Origin: Mobula hypostoma
Lineage: Eukaryota
Assembly: GCF_963921235.1 (NCBI RefSeq)
Contig: NC_086097.1
Location: forward strand, 68,016,001-68,080,000
Direction of reading: 5' to 3'
DNA: 64,000 nt
Below are positions 51,530-63,159 of the stretch, in pieces. The number at the start of each line of letters is the position of its first letter. Positions within the stretch are counted from its first letter, which is position 1. The translations under genes were made by a program, and so were the position numbers. The notes beneath the pieces were generated by a model. The model worked only from the letters and a program-made list of their open reading frames with translations, ran no database searches and was not told where the DNA came from.

Positions 51530-53515
51530 TCCTGGAAATGAGTGACGCAATCAATGGGCATGAAACAGCACACCCCGATTCCTTCCCCATCATTTTGGGG
51601 GATTTTAACTAGGCCAGGTTAAAAAAGTATTGAAATAATTTTTAACAACACATCACTTGTGGAACCAGAGGAGCCAACACACTGGACCAGTTACACCACC
51701 ATCAAGAATGCTTACTGTGCCATCCCACACCCACTCTTTGGGAAGTCTGACCACCTGGTTGTACTTCTACTCCTTGAGTACAGACAGAGGCTGAAGACTG
51801 TAGCATCAGTAGGGAGGACCAAGAAGGTATGGACAAGGGAGGCTCAGGAGTGCTTACAGGATGGCTTTGAGTCAGTGGACTGGACTGTATTCGGGGTTTC
51901 AGTTGTCATAGTAGGCCACAGTTGTCACTGTCTTCATTAAAACCTGTGTGGATGAGTGTGTGCCAATGAAACCATACTGCACATATCCAAATCAAGAGCT
52001 GTGGATGAAGCAGGAGGGCTTGATCTGTGGCATTCAAGTCTGGTGATCCAGGACTATACAAGAAGGCCCGGTATGACGAATGGAGAGCTATCGCAAGAGC
52101 AAAGGAAAAATTCTGAATGAGGTTAGAGGTGGAATCGGATGCATGCCAACTCTGGCAGGGTTTGCAAGCCATTACTTTCTCCAAAGTGAAACCTAACATC
52201 ATGGATGATAGTGATGCTTCACTCCCAGATGAGTTCAACAACTTTTATGCATGTTTTGAAAGGGGGAACAAAACTACAGCTATGAGGATCCCTGCATCAG
52301 CTGGTGACTCTGTGATCTCTGTCTCAGAGGCTGATGTCAGATCATCTTTCAGAAGAGTGAACCCTTGCAAGGTATCTGGTAGGGCTCCGAAAATCTGTGC
52401 CAACCAACTGGTGAGTATGTTCAAAGGCATTTTCAATCTCTCATTGCTACATTTGGGAGTTCTTACCTGTTTCAAAAGGACAACAATCATACCAGGGTCC
52501 AAGAAGAGCAGGGTGAACTGCCTTAATGAATATCGTCCAGTGGTACTCACATCTACGGTGAAGAAGTGCTTTGAGAAGTTGGTCATGACTAGAATCAATT
52601 CCTGCCTCAGCAAGGGCCTGGACCCACTGTAATTTGCCTATCGCCACTATAGATCTACAGCAGATGGGACCTCATTGGCTCTTCATGCGGCCTTTGATCA
52701 CCTGGACAATACTAATACTTGTGTCAAGCTGCTGTTTATTGTCTACAGCTCTGCATTTAACACAATCGCTCCTATGGATCTGATCAAAAACTTCCAAACC
52801 CTGGGCCTCTGTATCCTCGACTTCTTCACCAGAAGACCACAGTCTGCGCAGATCGGAAATAACATCTCCAACTTGCTGATAATCAACACTGGCTACCCCA
52901 AGGATGTGTGCTTAGCCCACTGCTCCACTCTCTCTACAACCATGACTGTGTAGCTCGACACAACTCAAACGCCAGCTATAAATTTGCTCACCACACAACT
53001 ATTGTTGGCAGAATTTCTGATGGTGACGAGGAGGAGTGTAGGAGTGAGATTGATCACCTGGTTGAGTGGTGTTGCTGCAATAACCTTGCACTCAACATCA
53101 GTAAGACCAAAGAACTAACTACAGACCTCAGAAACGCTAAGATGAGAGAACACACACCAGTCTTCATAGAGGGATCAGAAATGGAAGGAGTGAGCAATTT
53201 CAAGTTCCTCTCTGAGGATCTATCTTGAGCTCAACATATCGATGCAGTTACAAAGAAGGCACAACAGTGCCTATATTTCTTTAAAAGTTTGAGGAGATTT
53301 GGTATGTCACCAAAGCACTCAATTTTTTTTTTAAAACAGATGTACCGTGATGAGCATTATAACTAGCTGCATCACTGTCTGGTAATGGTGGTGGGGGGGG
53401 GAGGGGGGCACTTCACACAATCGAAACAAGCTGCAGAAAGTTGTGAACTCAGTCAGATCCATCATGGGCACTAGCCTCTGTATTGTCAAAGACATCTTCA
53501 AGGAGTGATGCCTCA
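51530..53515 (+). mobile_element. Older Rex1-type LINE, degraded
   Basis: GKSDH, CLNEYRPVVLTS, YSSAFNTI, LSPLLHSL and KTKEL motifs spread over several frames. Confidence 0.88.
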
Positions 53516-55210
53516 TGGTTAATTCCTTGTGCTGCTTTGTTATCAGTTCCTCATGGTGTACACAGAAGGCAATGAGTGCATCTGGTAGTGAAGCATCACT
53601 GCCATTCATGATGTTGGGTTTCACTTTGGACAAAGTCATAGCCTGCAAACCAAACCAGAGTTGACATGCATCTGATGTTGATTCCAACCTAGCTTGGAAT
53701 TGTTTCGTAACTCTTGAAATAGCCCTCCACAAGTCATATCTAGTTTTCTTGTAGAGACCTGGGCCACCAGACTTAAGTTCCACAGATTTAGCAGCAGACT
53801 ACGAATCGGTTAGGCCTCCAAACGGTAGCCAAGATGTGGGATTAAGATTGCAAAGGCAGCTGAAAAAGGCATGTAATAAGGGTAATGACACAATTGTAAT
53901 GGGGGGACTTCAAAATGCAAAGGGACTGGGAAGATCAGGTTGGTGGCGGATCGCAAGAGGGGGAATTTGTTGAATGCCTACAAGATGGCTTTTTAGAGCA
54001 GCTTGTGCTTGAGCCTACTTGGGGAAAGGCTATCTTAGGTTGAGTGTTGTGTAATAACTCAGATCCTATTAGGGAACAATGTAAAGGAAACCTTAGGAGA
54101 AAGTGATCATAATATGATTGAATTCATTCTGCAATTTGAGAGGGAACAGCACAAATCACAGTATCGCAATGGAATAAAGGGAATTACAGAGGCACGTGGA
54201 GATTGCCCAGGTGGATTGGAGGAGGACACTGGTGGGGATAATGGTAGAGCAGAGATGGCTGAAATTCCTGAGAAGAGTTCACAAGGTGCAGGATAGATAC
54301 GTATGTCCTACAGAGGAAGAAATTCTCAACAGACAGGGGTAGGCAACCCCCTGACAAAGGAAGTTCAAGACTGCATAAAAGCCAGCGAAAGGGAATATAA
54401 GTGAGTAGGAAGTTGGATGATTGGGAAGCTTTTAAAGTTCAACAAAAGGCAACTGAAAAAGCAATAAGAAGGAAAAGATGAAATATGCAGGCAGAGTAGC
54501 CAATAATGTAAAGCAGGATACCAAAAGCTTTTTCTATTATATAAAGAGTAAAAGGGAGATGAAAGTTAATATTGGACCACTGGAAAATAATACTGCTGAG
54601 GTAGTAATTAGGGACAAAGAAATGGCAGATGAATCTAATGGGTACTTTGCATCAGTCTTCACTGTGCAAGACAGCAGCAGTGTGCCAAAGGTCCGTGAGT
54701 GTCAGGGAGCAGGAGGGAGGTTTGCTATTACAAAGGAAAAAGTGCAAGGCAAACTCAAAGGTCTTAAGGTGGATAAGTCACCTGGGCCAGATGGGCCAGA
54801 GTCTTGAGAGAGATTGCTGAAGAGACAAGAGATGCATTGGTCATGATCTTTCTTTCTTTCTTTTTAAATCTTTTTATTGAGTAAGTATACAAAAAAGGTA
54901 AGCCATATAAACATTAATACAATGTTAAAGTATAATAAAATTCCAAAAGATAACAATACCAAAAAGAAAATACTACAAACAATGTAATTTAAGCATAAGA
55001 AACCAAAATAACATAATAGTATACTAGATTTTATATATATCAATGGAAAAAAAGAAACCCCCCCCCCCAAAAAAAAACCCACCGTGCAACTAACTAAAAG
55101 CAAAGCAAAGCAATGGGCTAACTTGAAACCAAACAAAGTTAAACTTAAAATCACGTCCTCAATCCCGACCTCCATTAAAACAGTGAAAAAAAAAACAAGA
55201 AGGGTAAATA

Positions 55211-58200
55211 TTACATTAAATGAAAATATCGAATAAAAGGTCCCCAAATCTGTTCAAATTTAAATGAAGAATCATGAAGGTTACTTCTAATTTTCTCCAG
55301 ATTCAAACATAAAATCGTCTGAGAAAACCAAAAAAAGGTAGTTGGAGCATTAAGCTCTTTCCAATGTTGTAAAATACATCTTTTCGCCATTAAAGTAAGA
55401 AATGCAATCATTCTACGGGCTGAAGGGGAAAGATTACTAGAAATTTTAGGTAGTCCAAAGATAGCAGTAATAGGGTGAGGAGAGATATCTATATTTAATA
55501 CCTTAGAAATAATATTGAAAATATCTCTCCAAAAAGTTTCCAAAGTAGGGCAAGACCAAAACATATGAGTTAAAGAGGCTATCTGCCCCGAACATCTATC
55601 ACAGAAAGGATTAATATGCGAGTAAAAACGCGCTAACTTATCTTTGGACATATGTGCTCTATGCACCACTTTAAATTGAATTAGGGAATGCTTAGCACAA
55701 ATAGAGGAAGTATTAACTAATTGTAAAATCTGCCCCCAATCATCCACAGAAATGGTAAGCCCCAATTCCTGTTCCCAATCTACCCTAATCTTATCAAATG
55801 GAGCTTTCCTGAGTTTCATAATAATATTATAAATCATAGCCGATGCACCTTTCTGACATGGATTAAGGTTAATTATCGAATCTAAAATATATATAGGAGG
55901 AAGCATTGGAAAGGAAGGAAGTATAGTACTTAGAAAATTTCTAACTTGTAAATATCTAAAAAAATGTATTCTTGATAGGTTATATTTATTAGATAATTGT
56001 TCAAAAGACATAAGGGAACCATCTAAAAATAAATCCAAAAACCGTAAAATACCCTTAGTCTTCCAAGTTTGAAAAGCGCGATCCGTAAAAGAGGGAGGAA
56101 AAAATATGTTACCTAAAATAGGAATCGCTAACCCGAATTGATTAAGATCAAAAAATTTTCTGAATTGAAACCAAATACGCAAAGCATATTTAACAATCGG
56201 GTTAGAGACCTGCTTAAGGCGTTTCGAATCAAAAGGAAGAGATGAACCTAAAATAGAACCAAGTGTATAACCCTGAACAGATTGTAATTCCAATGCTACC
56301 CATTTAGGAATAGATAGTATATCCCGGTCAAGTAACCAAAATTTCATATGTCGAATATTAATAGCCCAATAATAAAATCTAAAGTTAGGTAATGCTAAAC
56401 CTCCATCTCTCTTAGCTTTCTGTAAATGTATTTTACCCAGTCTCGGATTCTTATTCTGCCAAATAAATGAAGAAATTTTAGAGTCGACTTTATCAAAAAA
56501 AGATTTAGGAACGAAAATTGGTAATGCCTGAAACACATATAAAAATTTTGGCAAAAAAAACATCTTAACTGCATTAATACGACCAATCAAAGTTAAATAT
56601 AAAGGAAACCATTTAGATGAAAGTTGAGTAATATGGTCTATTAATGGTAAAAAGTTAGTCTTAAATAAATCTTTATGTTTACAAGTAATTTTAATCCCAA
56701 GATATGAAAGGTAATTATTAATCAATTTAAATGGAAATTTATAATATAAGGGAAGATGTTTATTAATCGGAAAAAGTTCACTCTTACTAAGATTTAATTT
56801 ATTACCTGAGAAAAGACCAAATTGTGCTAATAACTCTAAAACAGCAGGAATAGATCTCTCAGGATTAGAAATATATAAAAGTAAATCATCAGCATAGAGT
56901 GATAATTTATGGGACTTTAATCCCCGAGTTATCCCAGTAATATTTGAAGATTCTCGAATAGCAATTGCAAGAGGTTCTAATGCAATATCAAATAATAGGG
57001 GACTAAGAGGACAGCCTTGTCGAGTACCACGAAAGAGAGGAAAAAAAGGTGAGTTTAAAGAGTTAGTACGAACCGAGGCTACAGGGGAGTGATATAACAG
57101 TTTAATCCAGGATATAAATTTCAGGCTAAAATTAAACATTTCAAGCACCTTAAATAAATAAGGCCATTCTACTCTATCAAAAGCTTTCTCGGCATCTAAA
57201 GAAATAACACACTCAGGAACATTTTGTGAGGGAGTATAAACGATATTTAACAATGTACGAATATTATAAAAAGAGTAACGACCTTTAATAAAACCCGTTT
57301 GGTCTTCCGAAATAATAGAAGGAAGTACTTTTTCTAGTCTATTTGCTAATAACTTAGAAAAGACTTTAGAATCAACATTTAATAAAGATATTGGTCTATA
57401 AGATGCACATTGAGCAGGGTCTTTATCCTTCTTTAGTATTAAAGAAATTGATGCTCTATTAAAAGATTCCGGAAGTTTACCAAGTTTCAAAGAAGCCTCA
57501 AAAACCTTATAGAGCCAGGGAATCAATAAAGAAGCAAAACATTTATAAAATTCAACGGTAAACCCATCAGGGCCAGGAGCTTTCCCCAGATTCATAGAAA
57601 AAATAACATTCTTAATCTCATCCATTGTAATGGAAGTATCTAATAAAGAAGACATATCCTGTGAAATCTGAGGAAAGTCTAACTTATCTAGAAAATCATT
57701 CATATATTTAGAATCTCGAGGAGACTCTGATTGATATAAAGAAGAATAAAAATCACAAAAGGTTTGATTAATCCCCACATGATCCAATATCAATCGATCA
57801 TTTTGGTTATAAATCTGATTGATTTGAGATTTAACATAATTAGATTTCAATTGATTAGCCAGCAGCTTGCCAATTTTATCACTGTGAACATAAAAATCAC
57901 TTCTTGTTTTCTTTAATTGGTTTACAATCGAGGATGAGAGTAGTAAACTGTGTTCCATTTGAAGTTCAGTTCTTTGTTTGTATAGCTCCTCAGAAGGAGC
58001 CATAACATATTTCTTATCAATTTCTTTAATCTTGTCCACAATTGCCATCTCCTCCTGCTTCTGTTTCTTCCTCAAAGCAACGGAATACGAAATAATCTGA
58101 CCCCGAATATAGGCTTTAAAAGTGTCCCAAAGAGTGTTAACCGAAATATCTTCTGTATGGTTAATTATAAAAAAAAGCTCAATCTGTTCATTCATAAAAT

Positions 58201-58987
58201 TAACAAAGTCCGAGTCCTGAAGCAACAGCGAATTAAAACGCCATTGTCTATTGTTTGGTATATTGGCCATAATTTTAATAGAAAGCTTAAGTGGAGCATG
58301 ATCCGAAATGGTTATAGAATCATAATCACATTTAATCACTGAAGGAATGAGACGAGAATCAATAAAAAAATAATCAATTCTTGAATAGGAATGATGAACA
58401 TGTGAAAAAAAGGAAAAATCTTTTTCCTGAGGATGCAGAAAACGCCAAATATCCGTCGACCCAGAATCAGAAAGGAAAAAATTAATCAAATTTGCAGATT
58501 TATTAGGTAAAGTCCGTAAAGGAGCTGAACGGTCCAAAGCTGGAGATAAACAGGTATTAAGATCTCCGCCCAAAATCAATGAAAACTCGTTCAAATTCGG
58601 AAACTGATCAAACAATGATTTATAAAATTCCGGACAATCCATATTAGGAGCATAAACATTAACCAAAACTACTTTTTTATTAAATAGTAAACCACTAACC
58701 AATAAAAATCTACCATTCGGATCAGAGATAATATCCTGTTGTATAAAAGTAACTGAGGAATCTATAAAAATAGAGACGCCTCGAATCTTAGCATTGGAGT
58801 TCGAATGAAATTGTTGTCCCTTCCAGAATTTGAAAAAACGTAGTCTGTCCCCCCTCCGTACATGGGTCTCTTGTAAAAATAAAATTTGTGCTTTAAGTCT
58901 CCGGAACACTTTAAAAACTTTTTTTCTTTTAATAGGATGATTAAGACCATTAGTATTCCAGGAGACAAAATTAATAATAGACTCCAT
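55211..58987 (-). CDS. L1 ORF2p (APE endonuclease, RT, CCHC), 1258 aa from the first ATG
   Basis: SWNTNGL, LQETH, GGDLN, SRIDY, SDH; KAPGPDG, LDAEKAFDRV, QGCPLSP, YADD; CDRC..H..WSC. No stops. Confidence 0.96.
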   Translation of the reverse strand: MESIINFVSWNTNGLNHPIKRKKVFKVFRRLKAQILFLQETHVRRGDRLRFFKFWKGQQFHSNSNAKIRGVSIFIDSSVTFIQQDIISDPNGRFLLVSGLLFNKKVVLVNVYAPNMDCPEFYKSLFDQFPNLNEFSLILGGDLNTCLSPALDRSAPLRTLPNKSANLINFFLSDSGSTDIWRFLHPQEKDFSFFSHVHHSYSRIDYFFIDSRLIPSVIKCDYDSITISDHAPLKLSIKIMANIPNNRQWRFNSLLLQDSDFVNFMNEQIELFFIINHTEDISVNTLWDTFKAYIRGQIISYSVALRKKQKQEEMAIVDKIKEIDKKYVMAPSEELYKQRTELQMEHSLLLSSSIVNQLKKTRSDFYVHSDKIGKLLANQLKSNYVKSQINQIYNQNDRLILDHVGINQTFCDFYSSLYQSESPRDSKYMNDFLDKLDFPQISQDMSSLLDTSITMDEIKNVIFSMNLGKAPGPDGFTVEFYKCFASLLIPWLYKVFEASLKLGKLPESFNRASISLILKKDKDPAQCASYRPISLLNVDSKVFSKLLANRLEKVLPSIISEDQTGFIKGRYSFYNIRTLLNIVYTPSQNVPECVISLDAEKAFDRVEWPYLFKVLEMFNFSLKFISWIKLLYHSPVASVRTNSLNSPFFPLFRGTRQGCPLSPLLFDIALEPLAIAIRESSNITGITRGLKSHKLSLYADDLLLYISNPERSIPAVLELLAQFGLFSGNKLNLSKSELFPINKHLPLYYKFPFKLINNYLSYLGIKITCKHKDLFKTNFLPLIDHITQLSSKWFPLYLTLIGRINAVKMFFLPKFLYVFQALPIFVPKSFFDKVDSKISSFIWQNKNPRLGKIHLQKAKRDGGLALPNFRFYYWAINIRHMKFWLLDRDILSIPKWVALELQSVQGYTLGSILGSSLPFDSKRLKQVSNPIVKYALRIWFQFRKFFDLNQFGLAIPILGNIFFPPSFTDRAFQTWKTKGILRFLDLFLDGSLMSFEQLSNKYNLSRIHFFRYLQVRNFLSTILPSFPMLPPIYILDSIINLNPCQKGASAMIYNIIMKLRKAPFDKIRVDWEQELGLTISVDDWGQILQLVNTSSICAKHSLIQFKVVHRAHMSKDKLARFYSHINPFCDRCSGQIASLTHMFWSCPTLETFWRDIFNIISKVLNIDISPHPITAIFGLPKISSNLSPSARRMIAFLTLMAKRCILQHWKELNAPTTFFWFSQTILCLNLEKIRSNLHDSSFKFEQIWGPFIRYFHLM

Positions 58988-59709
58988 AAATCCTAAAGTC
59001 AACCCACAACAGGGAGGATTGACAATAGGCGCGACCCACAAACCCGGAGAGGGAACAGAACATACAAAAGATACCGGGGAAAAGGACGCAACCAGTACTT
59101 CAATAATGTATATAGCCCAAAGAAAAACAAACTAAAACGTGAAGCCCCTCCCGCCACCCCCCAACCCAAGACCCCAAGGCAAAATCTAAAGCAGACCCGC
59201 CAGAAAGAAGCAAGCGCTAAAACTACCCCCATGACTTCCGGTATACGCTCCCTAAAAAAAAGGTATAAATATGAAAAGGATCAGCTAATTGTAAAACAGT
59301 AAAAAAATAAGTAAAAAAAAAGTTAGCTCAATTAGAATACACACAGAACAGAACAAAAGCCGGAAAATATATATTAAAAAAAACCACAATAAACCTCAAA
59401 CTCATGAATAGACACAGCAACAAAAAAAATAGGATTATTAACATAAAGTGATTATAAAAAGCAAAACAGAATAAAATTTAAACAAAAACTACAAAATTTA
59501 AGGCCGCACAGGAAATACGTAAGATGACAAAAGGGAAGTAACCACCCAGAATCCCCTGGGAAAAGAAAGAAATGACGCAGTTAAAAAGAAAGTTTAGTAG
59601 CCATATTAAGAAATCGAAAGTAAACTTTTCTGCCCAAATAGGGCACAGAAAAGTTAAAACCAACCAATTCACAGCCTCCGATCGACGGAGAAAATTAAAA
59701 AGAAAGCAA

Positions 59710-60609
59710 TTAAGATGTTGGAGATGACAGTTGATCCAGATAACTCTGGGCATCCGATGGAGAATCAAAAAAACGAAGGGCTCCATCTGACATGCGAATC
59801 CTTAGACGTGCAGGGTACAGCAGCGCTGGTCTTAAATCCCTCTTATAGAATTCCGACATCACGGATCTGTAACGGACCCGTTGGTCCCAGATTGGTTTAC
59901 TGAAATCTTCCACGAATCGGAACTTAAGATCCGAAAAATCAATGAAACCTTTAGATCGAGCGAATCGAAACAGTCTCTCCTTGTCTTGAAAGTAATGAAA
60001 ACGTAAAATAACATGCCTAGGTCTATCTGACCTAGACGAGTATAATGGGATTCTGTGAACACGATCCAGTAGCGGTGGTTGGTCAGGAAATACAGTAGGG
60101 AATGCATCTTTTAAAAGTTGGGAGAAATATTTCATGGGGTTGTTACCTTCAGCGGCTTCCCTCACGCCAATCATTCGTAAATTCTGCCGTCGCATTCTAG
60201 ATTCCAAGTCAAAGTTTTTAAAAGTCAAAAAGTCAAGTTTCTTCTTCATTACATTAATTGTTTCTTCGATTTTCCCCATCTTAAGCTCACTTTGTTGCGC
60301 GAATTTTTGAAGATCAGATATAGCCGACTGATGTTCCGCAATACATGTTTGCATCTTATCAATTAAACCGGCAATTTTCTGGAAATTAGTTGAGATTTCC
60401 GTATGAATCAGGTCTTTAACAGGGCCTGCAATTTCCGTACGAATCATCTCCCTAACAGAGGTTGAAATTTCCCTCTGAATTAACTCCGATATAGCTTTCA
60501 AAGTCACCGGTGATTCAGTCGGGGGGAGATCCGTACCTTTCGGTTTAACCGGAGGTTTACCATCCTTGCCGTTTTTCCCGTTCTTAGACATAGTAGATCT
60601 AAGTTCCAT
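59710..60609 (-). CDS. L1 ORF1p RNA-binding protein (299 aa)
   Basis: Coiled coil, then LESRMRRQNLRMIG, LDRVHR, PRHVILRF, FVEDFS, LLYPARLRI. Confidence 0.93.
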   Translation of the reverse strand: MELRSTMSKNGKNGKDGKPPVKPKGTDLPPTESPVTLKAISELIQREISTSVREMIRTEIAGPVKDLIHTEISTNFQKIAGLIDKMQTCIAEHQSAISDLQKFAQQSELKMGKIEETINVMKKKLDFLTFKNFDLESRMRRQNLRMIGVREAAEGNNPMKYFSQLLKDAFPTVFPDQPPLLDRVHRIPLYSSRSDRPRHVILRFHYFQDKERLFRFARSKGFIDFSDLKFRFVEDFSKPIWDQRVRYRSVMSEFYKRDLRPALLYPARLRIRMSDGALRFFDSPSDAQSYLDQLSSPTS

Positions 60610-62419
60610 CCAGTTGTCGGAGAATTCAGTTTAATTCAAAGTATTGTAAGAGTTGATGCCTTAATGGTTAATTAAAGTATAGCTGACCATAGAGAAAAAA
60701 AACTCAGAGGTAATGGAGCGAGTCAAGAACGCGACTTCACTCCATGAGCGCTACCAGAAGTCTCCCGGTCATGATCTTTCAAGCATCACTTAATTCTGGC
60801 ATGGTCCCGTTGGACTGGTAGATTGCAAATGTCACTCCACTCTTTAAGAAGGGAGAAAGGCAAAAGAAAGGAAATTATAGGCCAGTTACCCTAACCTCAG
60901 TGGTTGGGAAAGTGTTGGAGTCTATTATTAAGGATGAGCTTTAGGGGTACTTGGAGAATAATGATAAAATAAGTAAAAGTCAGCATGGATTCTGTAAGGA
61001 GAAATCTTGCCTGACCAATCTGTTAGAGTTCTTTGAGGAAATAACAAGTAGGATGGACAAAGGAGAGGCAGTGGATGTTATTTATTTGTATTTTCAGAAG
61101 GCATTTGATAAGGTGTCATACGTGAGGCTGCTTAACAAGATAAAATCCTATTAGCATTACAGGAGAGATAGTGGCATGGATAGCGGAATGGCTGACAGGC
61201 AGGAGGCAGCGAGTGGGTATAAAAGGGGCCTTTTCTAGTTAACTGTCAGTGACTAGTGGGGTTTCTCAGGGATCAGTATTGGGATTATTGCTTTTCACAT
61301 TGTCTGTCAATAATTTAAAAAAGTGGCACAAGGAATAGTGTTGGAAAATATATGATAATACATTCTGGTAAAAGGAACAATAGAGTGGACTATTATCTAA
61401 ATGGGGAGAAGATTCAAACATCAGAGGTGCAAAGGGACTTAGGAGTCCTCATGCAAGACTCCCTGAAGGTTAGTTTACAGATTGAGTCTGTGGTAAAGAA
61501 GGCAAATGCAATGTTGGCATTTATTTCAAGGGGAATAGAATATAAAAGTAAGGAAATAATGTTGAGCCTTTACAAGACACTAATCAGGCCTCTCTTGGAG
61601 TATTGTCAACAGTTTTGGGCTTCATATCTCAGAAAGGATGTGTTGTCAATGGAGAGAGTCCAAAGGAGGTTCACGAGGATGATTCTGGGAATGAAGGGGT
61701 TAACATGAGGAGCGTTTGGCAGCTTTGGGCCTGTACTCACTGGAATTTAGAAGAATGTGGGGGGGGGGTGGAATTCTCACTGAAACCTACCAAGGGTTGA
61801 AAAGACTAGATAGAGTGGATATGGAGAGGATGTTTCCTATGGTGGAGGTATCCAGAAACTCAATCATAGGAAACACTGAGGCGCGACCCTTTAGAACAGA
61901 GGTAAGGAGGATTTTTTTCGCCAGAGAGTAGTAAATCTGTGGAATGCTCTGTCACAGACTGCAGTGAAGGCCAAGTACATGTGTATATTTAAGGTGGAAG
62001 CTGATTGTTTCCTTTTCGGTCAGAGCATCAAGGGATATGGTGAGAAGACAGGTGTATAGAGTTGAGTGGGATCTGGGATCAGCCATGATAGATTGGCAGA
62101 GCAGACTTGATGGGCTGAATGGCCTAATGTTGCTCCTATGTCTTGTGGAACCTCCTGGTTCATCCATGACTTTTGATTTGGGAATATACAGCAAGCTTTT
62201 GAAGGCACACACGCATCCACAGTCCTTCGATTCAAAGCAGTACTGTAAGTGCTCCTGTGCCTCCCTTGCTCATACCTTCTTGGTGCTCACTACTGAGTCA
62301 TCAGTCTCTGCCTATACTCAGGGAGTGGAATTACAACCAGGTGATCAGACTTTCTGAAGTGTGAGCATGGAAACGCACTGCATGCATCCTTGATGGTGGT
62401 GTAACAGTAGTGTAACACA

Positions 62420-62785
62420 TTCAAAAAGATAACACCTCAAAAAGGTGACACCCATCATTAAGGACTCCCCCCCCCCGGCACCCAGGACATGCCCCCTTCT
62501 CATTGCTACCATCAAGCAGGAGGTACATAAGCCTGAAGGCACACACTCAATGATTCAGGAGCTGCTTCTTCCCCTCTGCCATATGATTTCTGAAAGGACA
62601 TTGAGCCCATGAACACTTCTCACTACTTTTTCTGCACTACTTGTATATCTATACTGTATATAAAAAGTTAAATTAAATATTTACTGTTACGAGTTTTTAT
62701 TACTATGTATTGCACTGTACTGCTGCTGCATAACACCAAATTTCACAACATATACCAATGATATTAAAGTTGATTCTGACTCAAG
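62420..62785 (+). mobile_element. Rex1-type 3' tail
   Basis: CCCATCATTAAGGAC..CTACCATCAAGCAGGAGGTAC..GATTCTGA. Confidence 0.7.
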
Positions 62786-62822
62786 AATATTAAAAACAAT
62801 TTTATTTGTGCAGTACATGCCT

Positions 62823-62823
<1 letters not shown>

Positions 62824-62872
<49 letters not shown>
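62824..62872. repeat. (AC)24 microsatellite
   Basis: Seen directly. Confidence 0.97.
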
Positions 62873-62873
<1 letters not shown>

Positions 62874-63159
62874 CCACATCTTTGGGAAGTGAAACCAATG
62901 TGTTCAGGTGCACCACAAATGACTACACCTGTGGATTCAGGGCTCTCAGCCACTTCCTCGTTGGTCAAAAAAGCACACAGCATCTGCAGCTCCTGAGGAG
63001 ACCGAGACGAGTGAGGCTCTCCCACCATCACATTTTAATGAGCACCATCAAGAGTGTCCGGACCAGCTGCATCACCACATCACCACTTGGTAGGGAATTG
63101 CTAGGCAGCTGACTTCAAATCCCCACAAAGGATTGTGAGATAACATACACAAAAAGCAC

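Larger units (their letters stand above)
54853..60766 (-). mobile_element. Full-length L1-clade LINE (5.9 kb) with both ORFs intact
   Basis: 14-bp TSD GGTCATGATCTTTC at 54839-54852 and 60767-60780; 5' end GGGAGACTTCTGG; AATAAA at 54873-54878; (GAAA)n tail. Confidence 0.97.
53808..62146 (+). mobile_element. Long degraded CR1 (endonuclease to 3' end) hosting the L1
   Basis: MGGLQ/ESDHN, VDKSPGPDG, QHGFCKEKSCLTNLLEFF, RPLLEYCQQFW and a CR1 3' UTR; collinear across the L1 TSD. Confidence 0.88.
53556..62220 (-). mobile_element. Rex1-type fragment (53556-53807 and ~62147-62220) split by the CR1
   Basis: GLYKKTRYDLWRAI..DASLPD; resumes after the CR1 as GAACCTCCTGGTTCATCCA. Confidence 0.7.

Noticed and set aside
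54864..55247. Hydrophobic 127-aa ORF suggesting an L1 ORF3 or membrane protein
   Set aside because: Explained by the T-rich 3' UTR; no recognisable motif.
58988..59041. 18-aa N-terminal extension of L1 ORF2 in the ORF track
   Set aside because: Begins at a non-ATG codon; MESIINFVSWN matches the normal position of the endonuclease start.
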